Shown: positions 9,270 to 18,649 of the stretch, in pieces
Numbering within the stretch: the first letter of the stretch is position 1
Layout of the letters: the number at the start of each line of letters is the position of its first letter
Source: Obrimoposthia wandeli
Lineage: Eukaryota
Length of the DNA: 64,000 nucleotides
Assembly: GCA_977020255.1 (NCBI GenBank)
Contig: CDROCS010005164.1
Location: forward strand, 1-64,000
Direction of reading: 5' to 3'
Notes under the pieces: model-generated
What the model was told of the DNA's origin: nothing
Databases searched by the model: none
Seen by the model: only the letters and a program-made list of their open reading frames with translations
Translations under genes and position numbers: made by a program

Positions 9270-10322
9270 ATGAAGCGCATCAGTGTAGAGCCGGCTTGGA
9301 TATTTAAAGATGAAAGTGGCAGCCGTTTAGACCCTCAACTTTTTTTACTTATCAGTGCCATTCACGAGCACGGCAAGTTAACACTGGCCGCTAAGCAAGT
9401 GGGCATATCGTATCGTCATAGCTGGAATATACTCAATCATTGGGCTGGTTTTTTTGGTTGCGAGCTAGTGCACTTACAAAAAGGGCGTGGTGCTACATTA
9501 TCACCTCTTGGAGAAAAACTTTTATGGGCACAGCAACGTTTAATTGCTCGTCTTGAGCCACAGTTACAAAGCTTTGCCTCTGAAATTAACCTTGAAATAC
9601 AGCGCAGTTTAGAGGGGGTAAAACCTTTACTGAATATCTACGCAAGTTTTGGCTATGCCGTAGAGCTACTACCTAAATTCGCCTCAAATTATCAGTTAAA
9701 CTTGCAATACAAAGGTGTTGAAGAAGCGCTGATTGCACTGAATCGTGGACAGTGTGATGTGGCAGGTTTTCATTTGCCGGTTGAACTGAAAGATGCTAAA
9801 TATCTCACAACCTATCTACGCCATTTACGCCCAAGAGCACACAATATAGTGCGTTTTATTACTCGGCGAATGGGGCTAATGGTGCGTGCGGGTAACCCTA
9901 AAGGCATTGAAGGTTTACACGATCTAATAGAAACGGATGTGAAGCTTATCAACCGTGAGCCATACTCAGGTACCCGTCATTTGTTTGATGAGCTATTAGA
10001 GCGCGAAGACATACCAGAAGAGTCCATTATTGGTTTTGATGATGTTGAGTACACACACTCAGCCATTGCCGCATATGTCGCCGCAGGTATGGCAGATGTT
10101 GGTTTTGGAGTAGAAGCCGCTGCTAAGAAATTCTCGTTGGATTTTATCCCTATCACCACAGAAAAGTATGTATTTGTTTGTAACAACAAAACATTGCAAC
10201 AAGAATCAATGCGTCGCTTCTTAGAAGAAATTCGCTCTACTGCTTTCTCTGATCAAGTAAAAAAACTGGCTGGCTATTCTCCAGAGCTTTGCGGTGATGT
10301 CGTTAATGTTGAAGATTTGTAA
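9270..10322 (+). CDS. ModE/LysR-type HTH plus PBP-like domain transcriptional regulator (FdsR-like)
   Basis: GKLTLAAKQVGISYRHSW HTH and GRGATLSPLG, then PBP_like INREPYSGTR...EYTHSAIAAYVAAGMADVGFG. Start refined to ATG 9270, because the upstream in-frame extension in the track runs through the structured leader. Confidence 0.8.
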   Translation: MKRISVEPAWIFKDESGSRLDPQLFLLISAIHEHGKLTLAAKQVGISYRHSWNILNHWAGFFGCELVHLQKGRGATLSPLGEKLLWAQQRLIARLEPQLQSFASEINLEIQRSLEGVKPLLNIYASFGYAVELLPKFASNYQLNLQYKGVEEALIALNRGQCDVAGFHLPVELKDAKYLTTYLRHLRPRAHNIVRFITRRMGLMVRAGNPKGIEGLHDLIETDVKLINREPYSGTRHLFDELLEREDIPEESIIGFDDVEYTHSAIAAYVAAGMADVGFGVEAAAKKFSLDFIPITTEKYVFVCNNKTLQQESMRRFLEEIRSTAFSDQVKKLAGYSPELCGDVVNVEDL

Positions 10323-10370
10323 GCTTAATCTATCCCAATTGTAACCCTTCTCAACACTTGATTATTATTG

Positions 10371-10400
10371 AATTAGCAAGGTAGTTAACTTTGCTAATTT
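10371..10400 (+). terminator. Probable intrinsic terminator
   Basis: AATTAGCAAG-N-TTGCTAATTTT inverted repeat downstream of the regulator. Confidence 0.5.
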
Positions 10401-10917
10401 TGTCTTACTAAGTACTTATTGTCTGCGCCTAACACTAAAAGTAGATATATATCCCTAAAAAATGCTGCAACAAATACCATAAATAAGAGTCTGCTGGCTT
10501 AGAACATCATTATTTGATTCTTTTTTGATTAATCTGGTGCAATAAAAAGACATTAATAATTAAAGTTAAACCGCGTCACTGTTTGAATCGTTATTTGTAA
10601 GACCGTGATTTATTAAGCAAACCCGCTGGCAACTCGTTAAATCTATACTATTATTAGTTTAAAGGCCTACATTGTGCGCGGGTAATTTTGGCAAACTGGC
10701 AAGTTTGAATATACCAGCGCCTAACATAAAACTGATGATATAAAATCATAGTTTTTTGCAACCACAGCCCTTTTTAGATCGCCGTTTTTTTCAAAACATA
10801 AGCCTATTGAAGCCATACGTATGAACGCATAGCTTCGAAGAGCTTTGTTGCCGGTTAAGTGTAATAGATAGAATATTGTTGAATTAGTCGTTATTTAAAG
10901 TACATAGAGGGACCATC

Positions 10918-13065
10918 ATGCTACAAAAATTATCTTTTAAAACCAAATTACTTTCAGGTTACGGTGTCGTTTTATCGTTGATGTTGGTCATTGCGTTAGT
11001 GGTCTTTTTTAGCGTGCGCTCCCTCGTTGATACTTTTCACTGGGTAGATCATACCTATAAAGTGCTTGATAAAGCATCTCAAGTAGAAGCGGCAGCCGTT
11101 GATATGGAAACAGGGATGCGAGGCTACTTGCTGGCAGGGAAAAGCGATTTTCTAGGCCCGTATTCTGCAGGTGGAAAAAAGTTTGATGCGTTAGTTCAAG
11201 AGCTTACTCAAACAGTCTCTGATAACGAAGCTCAAGTAACATTGCTCAATGAATTGTCAGCTACAATAAAGGATTGGAAAAGCCAAGTAACTGAACCGGT
11301 GATTGCCTTAAGAACGCAAATAGGTGACTCTAAATCGATGAACGATTTAGCCACTGTCATTAAAAAAGCTGAAGGTAAACAGTACTTTGATAAGTTTCGC
11401 GGGCAGCTAAAAACCTTTATTGATAAAGAGCGAGTGTTATTAGTTAAAAGGCAGAAAGAAGCGTCGCAAAGTGATGATATTGCTAGGTTGCGACAGTTAA
11501 CAAAATGGGTAACACATACCTATAACGTGATAGCCAGCGCTGAGGCGATAGTATCAAGCGCTGTTAATATGGAAACAGGCATGCGTGGTTTCTTACTTGC
11601 AGGTCAAGATGAGTTTTTAACCCCTTACAATGACGGTAAAATTGAGTTTTATAAGCTAATAGAAAGCTTATCGAAAACGGTATCTGATAACCCAGCGCAA
11701 GTGGCTTTGCTTAAAGAGAGCAAATTAACCATAGATAATTGGATTGGCAAGGTAGTTGAAAAGCAAATAGCTTTACGCCGTGATATAGGCCATGCAAAAA
11801 CAATGGATGACATGGCAGATGTGGTTGGTCAAGCGAAAGGAAAGGTATATTTTGATAAGTTTCGCGAGCAAATAAAAACCTTTAAATCGCGTGAGAGCGC
11901 TTTAATGGACGCTAGAAATGTCTTGTTAGAAGATACCAAAAGTAGCGTCATAAATAGCACTATATTTGGAACAGTCATCGCGATGGTATTAGGTATATTT
12001 ATTGCGCTCGCGTTAACGCGTTACATCATGAGATTGTTAGGTGGAGAGCCTATTTACATTATGAAACTTGCTAAAACAGTGGCCTCAGGTGATTTGTCAT
12101 CTGAGTTATCAGCTGATCAAGGTGAAACCAGTATTTACGCAGAAATGGTCAGTATGATGGATAACCTACGTAGTAAAGTTGAATTGGCAGAAAGAATTGC
12201 CGATGGCGAATTGCACCACGACATACCGCTGGCTTCAGATAAAGATTCGCTTGGCTTAGCTTTACAAAATATGAGTGATAAATTAAATCAAGCGTTAGCG
12301 CAGACGCAAAATACTTCAGAAGAAATTTCGCAAGGCAGCGAGAAAGTTTCAATTAACAGTAGTGCGCTTACATCAAGTGCAGCCGAGCAAAGTGATAGTT
12401 TAGGGGAAATCAGTGACTCACTTACTGATCTAACCAGCAAAATAAATGTTAATGCAACCAGTGCCAATAAAGCACGAGATTTAGCGGAACGCGCGCAGCG
12501 CCAAGCTAATGATGGTAGTAAGAAGATGGAAGAAATGATTGAGTCTATGAACGGTATAAGCCAAGCAGGGCAAAGTATTGCTGGGTTTATTAGTATCATC
12601 GATGAGATAGCTGCCCAAACTAATTTGCTGGCACTTAACGCAGCGATAGAAGCCGCTAGAGCAGGCGAGCAAGGCCGTGGTTTTGCGGTAGTAGCCGATG
12701 AGGTGAGAAACCTAGCGGCCAGAAGTAGTGCCGCTGCTGAGGAAACATCTAACTTAATAGCAGGTTCTGTAGAGCAAACAGAAACGGGCTCTAAGATAGC
12801 AAGTGAAACAGCAAGTAGCTTAGCTCAAATTTTAGAATCGATTAAAGAAACATCAGAACTGATTGGAGAAATAGCGTTAGTCAGTAATGAGCAAGCCACC
12901 CAGGTTGAAATAATCAACCAAGGGGTTTCTGTGATCGGCAGTGTAACTCAAAAGAATAATGAGACAGCTCTAGAAAGCTCTGAAGCAGCAACTGAGCTTT
13001 CAAATCAAGCTGAGAGCTTACAGCATATGTTAGCCAAGTTTGAACTGAAAAAAATGGCTTCATAG
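10918..13065 (+). CDS. Methyl-accepting chemotaxis protein with two tandem CHASE3-like sensor domains
   Basis: Two copies of WVxHTY...DMETGMRG(Y/F)LLAG...FLxPY between TM helices, then HAMP and the signalling hairpin [34 protein letters not shown]. Confidence 0.93.
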   Translation: MLQKLSFKTKLLSGYGVVLSLMLVIALVVFFSVRSLVDTFHWVDHTYKVLDKASQVEAAAVDMETGMRGYLLAGKSDFLGPYSAGGKKFDALVQELTQTVSDNEAQVTLLNELSATIKDWKSQVTEPVIALRTQIGDSKSMNDLATVIKKAEGKQYFDKFRGQLKTFIDKERVLLVKRQKEASQSDDIARLRQLTKWVTHTYNVIASAEAIVSSAVNMETGMRGFLLAGQDEFLTPYNDGKIEFYKLIESLSKTVSDNPAQVALLKESKLTIDNWIGKVVEKQIALRRDIGHAKTMDDMADVVGQAKGKVYFDKFREQIKTFKSRESALMDARNVLLEDTKSSVINSTIFGTVIAMVLGIFIALALTRYIMRLLGGEPIYIMKLAKTVASGDLSSELSADQGETSIYAEMVSMMDNLRSKVELAERIADGELHHDIPLASDKDSLGLALQNMSDKLNQALAQTQNTSEEISQGSEKVSINSSALTSSAAEQSDSLGEISDSLTDLTSKINVNATSANKARDLAERAQRQANDGSKKMEEMIESMNGISQAGQSIAGFISIIDEIAAQTNLLALNAAIEAARAGEQGRGFAVVADEVRNLAARSSAAAEETSNLIAGSVEQTETGSKIASETASSLAQILESIKETSELIGEIALVSNEQATQVEIINQGVSVIGSVTQKNNETALESSEAATELSNQAESLQHMLAKFELKKMAS

Positions 13066-13094
13066 CAAGTAAATATCAGTAATGCATATCAATG

Positions 13095-13120
13095 AATGGC
13101 GCGTAAGCGCCATTTTTATT
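13095..13120 (+). terminator. Intrinsic terminator
   Basis: AATGGCGC-GTAA-GCGCCATT-TTTATT. Confidence 0.8.
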
Positions 13121-13397
13121 GGTTATTAACTAAACTAAGCTAAACCAAGCCAGATCAAATATCCCCACCTTTATTTTCAACATGCAAGCATCAATAAAAA
13201 GGTATAGGCTAGATTTACCTTATTATCTTGAGAGTTATGCCTTTGTGTAATGCCCCGTCACCACAACAATCAGTGCATCTCTTTTTACAAACCATTCGCT
13301 TATCTACTTTTTGGGGCAAAGTGAAAATACTGCTTAACTGTTCACCTGCAAGATGTAATGCCATTTTTAAAGTCAGTGCCGTAAGCGCTTTTAAAGC

Positions 13398-13988
13398 ATG
13401 AATTATCTAGCGCATTGCTTTTTATCACCACCAAATAGCGCCGCCTTGGTGGGTAATTTATTAGGCGATTTTTGCAAAGGTGTTGACGAATCTTTATTAA
13501 TCCCTCAAATAAAACAAGGCTTGCTAAATCATCGGCTGGTGGATAAGTTTACTGACGCTCACCCAAATGTAATAGCAGCAAAGTGCTTATTCTCAGCACA
13601 GCGACGACGCTTTTCAGGCATCGCCTTAGATGTGCTGTTTGATCACTACTTAATCAAACATTGGTCGCTGTATTCACCTATCTCTTACTTACAGTTTAAA
13701 CAACAAACCTTCGAGCACATCAGCCAAGGTTTTCATTTTATGCCAGCACCCATGGCACATACTATGCAACGTGTCATAAGCCAAGATTGGTTCGCCAGTT
13801 ACGAAAACCTTGAGGGCATAGGCTATGCACTTGATCGCATCGCGAACAGAATACGCTTCGCCAATCAATTTGATGGCTGTATCGAAGATATCTACCAGCA
13901 TGAAAGCGCGTTAGAGCAGTGCTTTTTAGTGTTTTTTCCACAGCTCATAGCGGTAGTGAAAGATCAAAACTTGATATCTGTTAACTAA
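13398..13988 (+). CDS. acpH: Acyl carrier protein phosphodiesterase
   Basis: MNYLAH...GNLLGDF...HRLVDKFTDAHP...DVLFDHYL motifs. Confidence 0.88.
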   Translation: MNYLAHCFLSPPNSAALVGNLLGDFCKGVDESLLIPQIKQGLLNHRLVDKFTDAHPNVIAAKCLFSAQRRRFSGIALDVLFDHYLIKHWSLYSPISYLQFKQQTFEHISQGFHFMPAPMAHTMQRVISQDWFASYENLEGIGYALDRIANRIRFANQFDGCIEDIYQHESALEQCFLVFFPQLIAVVKDQNLISVN

Positions 13989-14561
13989 TTAGCCCTCACC
14001 TCAGAAAAACTCTGTAACGCTTATTCAAATTGTTCTTGATCAATTAACTGATTGGTTTTTGATCTTGCACCGTGTCTGTGAAGCTCGTGTACATCTTTGT
14101 GCCTGTATTATTGAATTATAGGTAGTTAGTCGTTAGTAGATTGAATTTAACGGGTTGTTTAGTTTAAGCAGAAGTATCAAAGATATAGCTAGAGAGTGTT
14201 AAGGACGTGCTTTGTATATCAGATAGGGCGTTATAAGCTTGGTGTGATTGCACAGAATATTTGAATTATGGATATATTGCTGAACGCTTAGATGGCGTTT
14301 CTTAATGTAATTGACTTAAAGCTTACAATGTCTTCGCAACAATTCTTATTGGTTTGGGTCTGTTATTAGTGGCTGAATCACAATTAACTTTTCTACAAGC
14401 TATACTTATTTCTATACTGAAAAGCTTATTAGGTCCATTCATCACTATTTAATGAACGCTGACCTAAAGCAGTACAAAGGCTGCGCTATAAAAATAGAGT
14501 CAATTGGGGCATTTACAAATTTATATGTATTAGGCGAGAGTTAGGTTGGGGGAATAATTGA

Positions 14562-15422
14562 ATGGCTCATAAATACTACTCACAAAGAATCGGTACCAAT
14601 CCAAATGCTGATGGGTTACCAATTGAAGATACTCTTGATTTGTTTTCTGGGGTATACAAACAGTTGGAAGCAGATGGTTACTTCGATGAAGCATTTGGGT
14701 TTTTGTGTGTTGATGAGGGGTATGTTGAAGGAAACGTAAAAAACATTGATTTGGAAATGTTGTTATCGATTCGTAAGAAAAACTTATGGCCCATATCAGA
14801 GTGTGCTTTTATTTATACAGAGGATGATTTTCTTGATGTAATTGAATTTCTTTATCAGCACGTTTCCAAACCAGTTGACGGCACGGTGCATTCATATAAC
14901 GATTGCGGTATGCACTGGGAAACCTTTAACAAACAAGATGGGAAAAACTATTTTCGTGAAAAGATAAATTCAGTTTTAGCCTATTATAAAAATAAATTTG
15001 AGCTCTCGCAAAAAGGCGATATTCTTCACAAGCCCGAAGCAGGATTCGAGCAAATTTTTAATGCTGATGTGCCATCAAAAGATATAAATATTGTAGATAG
15101 GATTAACGCTGCGACTACCACTTTTCGTCAACATGGCTCTAGCATAGATGAGCGGCGCCAGGCCGTTCGAGACCTTGCTGACGTTCTTGAATATTTAAGG
15201 CCGAAGGTTAAAGAGTTTCTTATCAAAAAAGATGAAGATGATTTGTTTAATATCGCAAATAACTTAGGTTTTCGTCATCACAATGATAGACAAAAGACGT
15301 CCTATGACGCAGTTATATGGCTAAACTGGATGTTTTATTTTTACTTATCAACCGTGCATGTCGTATTACGTAAAATAGAGCACGATAAATCAAAAAAACT
15401 AACAGAAGTATTATGGTTGTAG
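14562..15422 (+). CDS. Hypothetical protein, possible AbiJ-like/HEPN-type anti-phage effector
   Basis: The 286-aa ORF itself is clear. The C-terminal DLFNIANNLGFRHHN resembles the R-H motif of Abi-associated HEPN domains; the function is inference. Confidence 0.5.
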   Translation: MAHKYYSQRIGTNPNADGLPIEDTLDLFSGVYKQLEADGYFDEAFGFLCVDEGYVEGNVKNIDLEMLLSIRKKNLWPISECAFIYTEDDFLDVIEFLYQHVSKPVDGTVHSYNDCGMHWETFNKQDGKNYFREKINSVLAYYKNKFELSQKGDILHKPEAGFEQIFNADVPSKDINIVDRINAATTTFRQHGSSIDERRQAVRDLADVLEYLRPKVKEFLIKKDEDDLFNIANNLGFRHHNDRQKTSYDAVIWLNWMFYFYLSTVHVVLRKIEHDKSKKLTEVLWL

Positions 15423-15552
15423 CCTCTTAATATTAATAAAAGGTAATTAGTTTATCCAGTGAAAACAGTTTTTTGCAATGGTATTAATCGACAAAAAACA
15501 AGCTACATACAAGCCACCATTTACCACATCACGCATAAAAGGAAATTATTTA

Positions 15553-15960
15553 ATGTCTATGACACAATTATTTAAAAGATTAAATGCACCCTTAGCTAAT
15601 TCAAGATGGTCATGGGGAAGTGTTCGTGAATCCGATAGCGCAGTGGTGCTGAGAGTCTGGCAAGATAGAACAATGAAACATGAGGGTCGTCATTTTATGA
15701 AGCTTACCCAGCATGAAAAATATGAAGGCGATGAAACAAACGTAGGGTATGCTGAAAGAAATCAGCAAGTTGAGCACCTTAAACAAGGTAACAAATGTTT
15801 GATGATTATGTGCCTTGCAAAAGATGTTAAAGCGAGTGCAAGAGTCATTAAAAGTTTTAACGCGGCTGAGATTTTTGTCGGAGGCGAAGTGATAGAGCTA
15901 AACGGCGATACTTGGGTAGAGCTAGTGGCTAGAATACCGCTTAAAGAAGCGGCTGCTTAA
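15553..15960 (+). CDS. Hypothetical protein (RWSWG...LRVWQD family)
   Basis: AAAAGGAAA SD before ATG 15553, in frame with the track ORF 15478-15960. No function can be assigned. Confidence 0.7.
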   Translation: MSMTQLFKRLNAPLANSRWSWGSVRESDSAVVLRVWQDRTMKHEGRHFMKLTQHEKYEGDETNVGYAERNQQVEHLKQGNKCLMIMCLAKDVKASARVIKSFNAAEIFVGGEVIELNGDTWVELVARIPLKEAAA

Positions 15961-16013
15961 AAGTAAAACACTACTTTTAACCATCTAAATTATTAATCTG
16001 TAAAGGTACCAAA

Positions 16014-16670
16014 ATGAAAAAAAGATCTTTTCTATTACTCAGCGCTGCTTCCCTTTTTATCGCGCCTTTTTTGCAGGCAAACGATACTCTCTCTACTACA
16101 ACGCAGGCGCCTACGGTAAATTATAGTGAAGGTGCTCATTATACTGTTTTAGCTAAACCGCTAAATTTTTCTGCAGACAGCTTAGTTGAGTTTTTTTGGA
16201 TAAGATGTCCTCACTGTTATGCGGTTGAGCCTGCATTAAAAGCGTATTTGGCTGAAAATCCAACGCAAAAGTTCATTAGACATGCGCCACCGCTATCCAA
16301 GCGTTGGAAAGCTGCTTCTGCTCTTTACTATGCCATTATGTCTCTTAATAAAGAGGGGCTGTTTGACAGCGCATTTAAAGATGTGCAAAAGAAACAGCTT
16401 AAATCAGATTCATTACAGTCAATAGAAGCTTTCTCTTCACGAAACAATGTAGAGGTTGGCAAAATAGCAGCGCTAATGGCCAGCGAAGCGATTATTACAC
16501 AATCAAATGAAGCCTTAGCATTAGGAGAGCAAGCACAACTAACAGGGGTACCTTCTTTTGTTATTGGAGGTAAGTACGTGCCCAAGCTTGGTGCCCCTGG
16601 TGTTGATAGTTACGCGAAGCTAATGTTGCTTATTGATCACTTAATCACATTGAGTAAAGAGCAGGGTTAA
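16014..16670 (+). CDS. DsbA-family thiol:disulfide oxidoreductase
   Basis: Signal peptide, EFFWIRCPHCY active site and cis-Pro loop GVPSF. Confidence 0.85.
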   Translation: MKKRSFLLLSAASLFIAPFLQANDTLSTTTQAPTVNYSEGAHYTVLAKPLNFSADSLVEFFWIRCPHCYAVEPALKAYLAENPTQKFIRHAPPLSKRWKAASALYYAIMSLNKEGLFDSAFKDVQKKQLKSDSLQSIEAFSSRNNVEVGKIAALMASEAIITQSNEALALGEQAQLTGVPSFVIGGKYVPKLGAPGVDSYAKLMLLIDHLITLSKEQG

Positions 16671-16796
16671 TAGCACTATTATCGGTTTCAATCATAACAT
16701 GCTGTAATTTTTTACTGGTGCATTGGTTATTAACGAAACGGATAAAGCTACAAATCGGTGCTAATTTAGCATCGATATAAAATATCGTAGTAATAA

Positions 16797-16819
16797 GTAA
16801 TGTTATGATATAACATTAC
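16797..16819. promoter_or_regulatory. Zur box
   Basis: Perfect palindrome GTAATGTTAT-GAT-ATAACATTAC matching the gammaproteobacterial Zur consensus (AAATGTTATA-N-TATAACATTT), directly upstream of a zinc-type operon. Confidence 0.88.
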
Positions 16820-16845
16820 TACTAACCTTGTTTTAAGATATCATT

Positions 16846-17151
16846 ATGACGTTAATGACCGATACATCAAAAAGCGCGTTTAAAGTACGCTTGCATTACT
16901 GTTTGATAATAGTGCTGTTGCTTGTCGGTCAATTAGTTATTTTGCATGATTCAGACGCTGATCAACCCACGCATCATCAGCACGAGTGCAGTGTATATAA
17001 CACTTGTGCCGTTACCTTATTTGCAGATGTAATTACTGTTGATGTACTTCCTCCTATGCTGCTATTGCTGGCAGTATTTAGCATTCTTGAGCTGCTTTTT
17101 GGGCAAGTGTACGCCTTGCGTGCTCGCGGCCCGCCTTTGTATTCGTTCTAG
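16846..17151 (+). CDS. Small His/Cys membrane protein, first gene of a Zrg-like zinc operon
   Basis: Two hydrophobic segments flanking HHQHECSVYNTC, C-terminal RARGPP; lies directly after the Zur box. Confidence 0.65.
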   Translation: MTLMTDTSKSAFKVRLHYCLIIVLLLVGQLVILHDSDADQPTHHQHECSVYNTCAVTLFADVITVDVLPPMLLLLAVFSILELLFGQVYALRARGPPLYSF

Positions 17152-17282
17152 TTTAATAAAACTTAGTCTCTATCAGTTTATTTACCTGACATAACAGCCT
17201 TCCTCAATAGGCCGTTGCTAAGGATTTTTTACGCCTGAAAGAGACGCCATTATTTTTGTTATTACATATTTTTGGAGAACGT

Positions 17283-17906
17283 ATGCCAGCACATTATTGG
17301 TTAAAGAACACCTGTATTCTTATTTTAGCTTCACTCACACTTAATTCTGCTTATGCGAGCAGTGATGCTGATAATCACTCAGCTCATGATGTGACAGGAG
17401 AATCTCTTGAGGCCCATCAACATGGGGTTGCACAGATGAATATAGTACAAGAGGGCCAAGTTATATTGATTGAAACACGTATATCGGGGGCTGATATTGT
17501 TGGCTTTGAACACCAAGCAACTAGCGTTGAGGAAAAGCAAAAAGTATTGGCTGCCCAGCAAATAATGAATGACCCTTACCGGTTATTTAAGTTTGCTGAG
17601 CAAGCGACCTGCGCCTTTGTGACATCTTCTGTTGCTACTCAAAGTGAAGAACATGAAGAACATGAAGAACATGAAGAGCACGCAAAAGGAGTTGAAGAGG
17701 ACGAGCATGATGATGAACATGCAAAGCACAATGAGTTTATCGTCTCTTATGAAGTGAAATGTAAACACTTAGAAAAGGCGCAGAGCTTAACGCTACTTTG
17801 GTTTAATGAATTTAAAAGTATTGAAAAAATAAATGTGCAGGTTGTAACTGATCACTCACAAAGTGCCAGTGTATTAACTAAAAATAACAATCAATTGCCC
17901 CTTTAA
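17283..17906 (+). CDS. ZrgA/DUF2796-like zinc-uptake protein
   Basis: EAHQHGVAQ, GADIVGFEH, a His/acidic linker and HNEF. GGAG SD before ATG 17283. Confidence 0.82.
   Translation: MPAHYWLKNTCILILASLTLNSAYASSDADNHSAHDVTGESLEAHQHGVAQMNIVQEGQVILIETRISGADIVGFEHQATSVEEKQKVLAAQQIMNDPYRLFKFAEQATCAFVTSSVATQSEEHEEHEEHEEHAKGVEEDEHDDEHAKHNEFIVSYEVKCKHLEKAQSLTLLWFNEFKSIEKINVQVVTDHSQSASVLTKNNNQLPL
17646..17681 (+). repeat. 9-bp coding tandem repeat (EEH)x4
   Basis: GAAGAACAT x3 followed by GAAGAGCAC. Confidence 0.9.
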
Positions 17907-17944
17907 CTTATCGTGAGAAGGTGGCAACACCTTCTGAGTGACCT

Positions 17945-18649
17945 ATGAATATTATTGAATTAAATCATGTCAATTTTCGCTGGCAAAAAACCGATAATTT
18001 AACGTTAGCGATTGATTCATTAACCATAAAACAAGGGCGAAAGGTGTTACTTAATGGCGAAAGCGGCAGTGGGAAATCGACACTTCTGAGCTTGCTGACG
18101 GGCATAAACAAACCTGAAACAGGCAGCATTAAATTATTAGGCACTGATATAACCGCGCTATCCAATGCTCAAATGGATCGTTTTAGAGCGGACCATATTG
18201 GCTATGTTTTCCAGCAGTTTAATTTAATCTCTTATTTGTCAGTCATCGAGAACGTGTTGTTATCTTGCCGTTTTTCGACAAAGAGAGGGAGCAAGTCGCA
18301 CAAAGAGAATGTTGAACAAGCTCAAAAATTACTCTCAGGGTTAGATATTGGCAGCCATTTATTTGATCGTAATGTCACTCAATTAAGTATTGGTCAACAG
18401 CAGCGTGTGGCTGCCGCAAGAGCTTTAATAGGCGCACCAGAGATCATCATTGCTGATGAGCCTTGCTCGGCGCTAGACCCTGTTAATAGTCAGCGTTTTA
18501 TTGAGTTATTGATGCATGAGTGTGAGCAGCAGGGCAGCACTTTGATTCTGGTGAGCCATGATGAATCTTTATCAGCTGGGTTTGACTATCAGTTAGCTCT
18601 GTCGCAAATCAATCAGGCCTGTCAATCAGCATCAGGAGACTTAGTATGA
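17945..18649 (+). CDS. ABC transporter ATP-binding protein (Zrg-type operon)
   Basis: Walker A GESGSGKST, signature LSIGQQQR, Walker B IIIADEP. Confidence 0.92.
   Translation: MNIIELNHVNFRWQKTDNLTLAIDSLTIKQGRKVLLNGESGSGKSTLLSLLTGINKPETGSIKLLGTDITALSNAQMDRFRADHIGYVFQQFNLISYLSVIENVLLSCRFSTKRGSKSHKENVEQAQKLLSGLDIGSHLFDRNVTQLSIGQQQRVAAARALIGAPEIIIADEPCSALDPVNSQRFIELLMHECEQQGSTLILVSHDESLSAGFDYQLALSQINQACQSASGDLV

Noticed and set aside
10536-10552. NtrC-like site upstream of the chemoreceptor
   Set aside because: Only the TGGTGCA half-site is present and there is no sigma-54 -24/-12 element downstream.
13215-13364. 49-aa minus-strand ORF with a Cys cluster (CKKRCTDCC)
   Set aside because: No SD sequence, it overlaps the acpH promoter region, and there is no recognisable family. 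It would need Ribo-seq or conservation support.
14292-14452. Possible small membrane protein (MAFLNVIDL + AYNVFATILIGLGLLLV...) requiring one frameshift
   Set aside because: Hydrophobic open frames are common in AT-rich DNA. It needs an assumed indel and has no SD.
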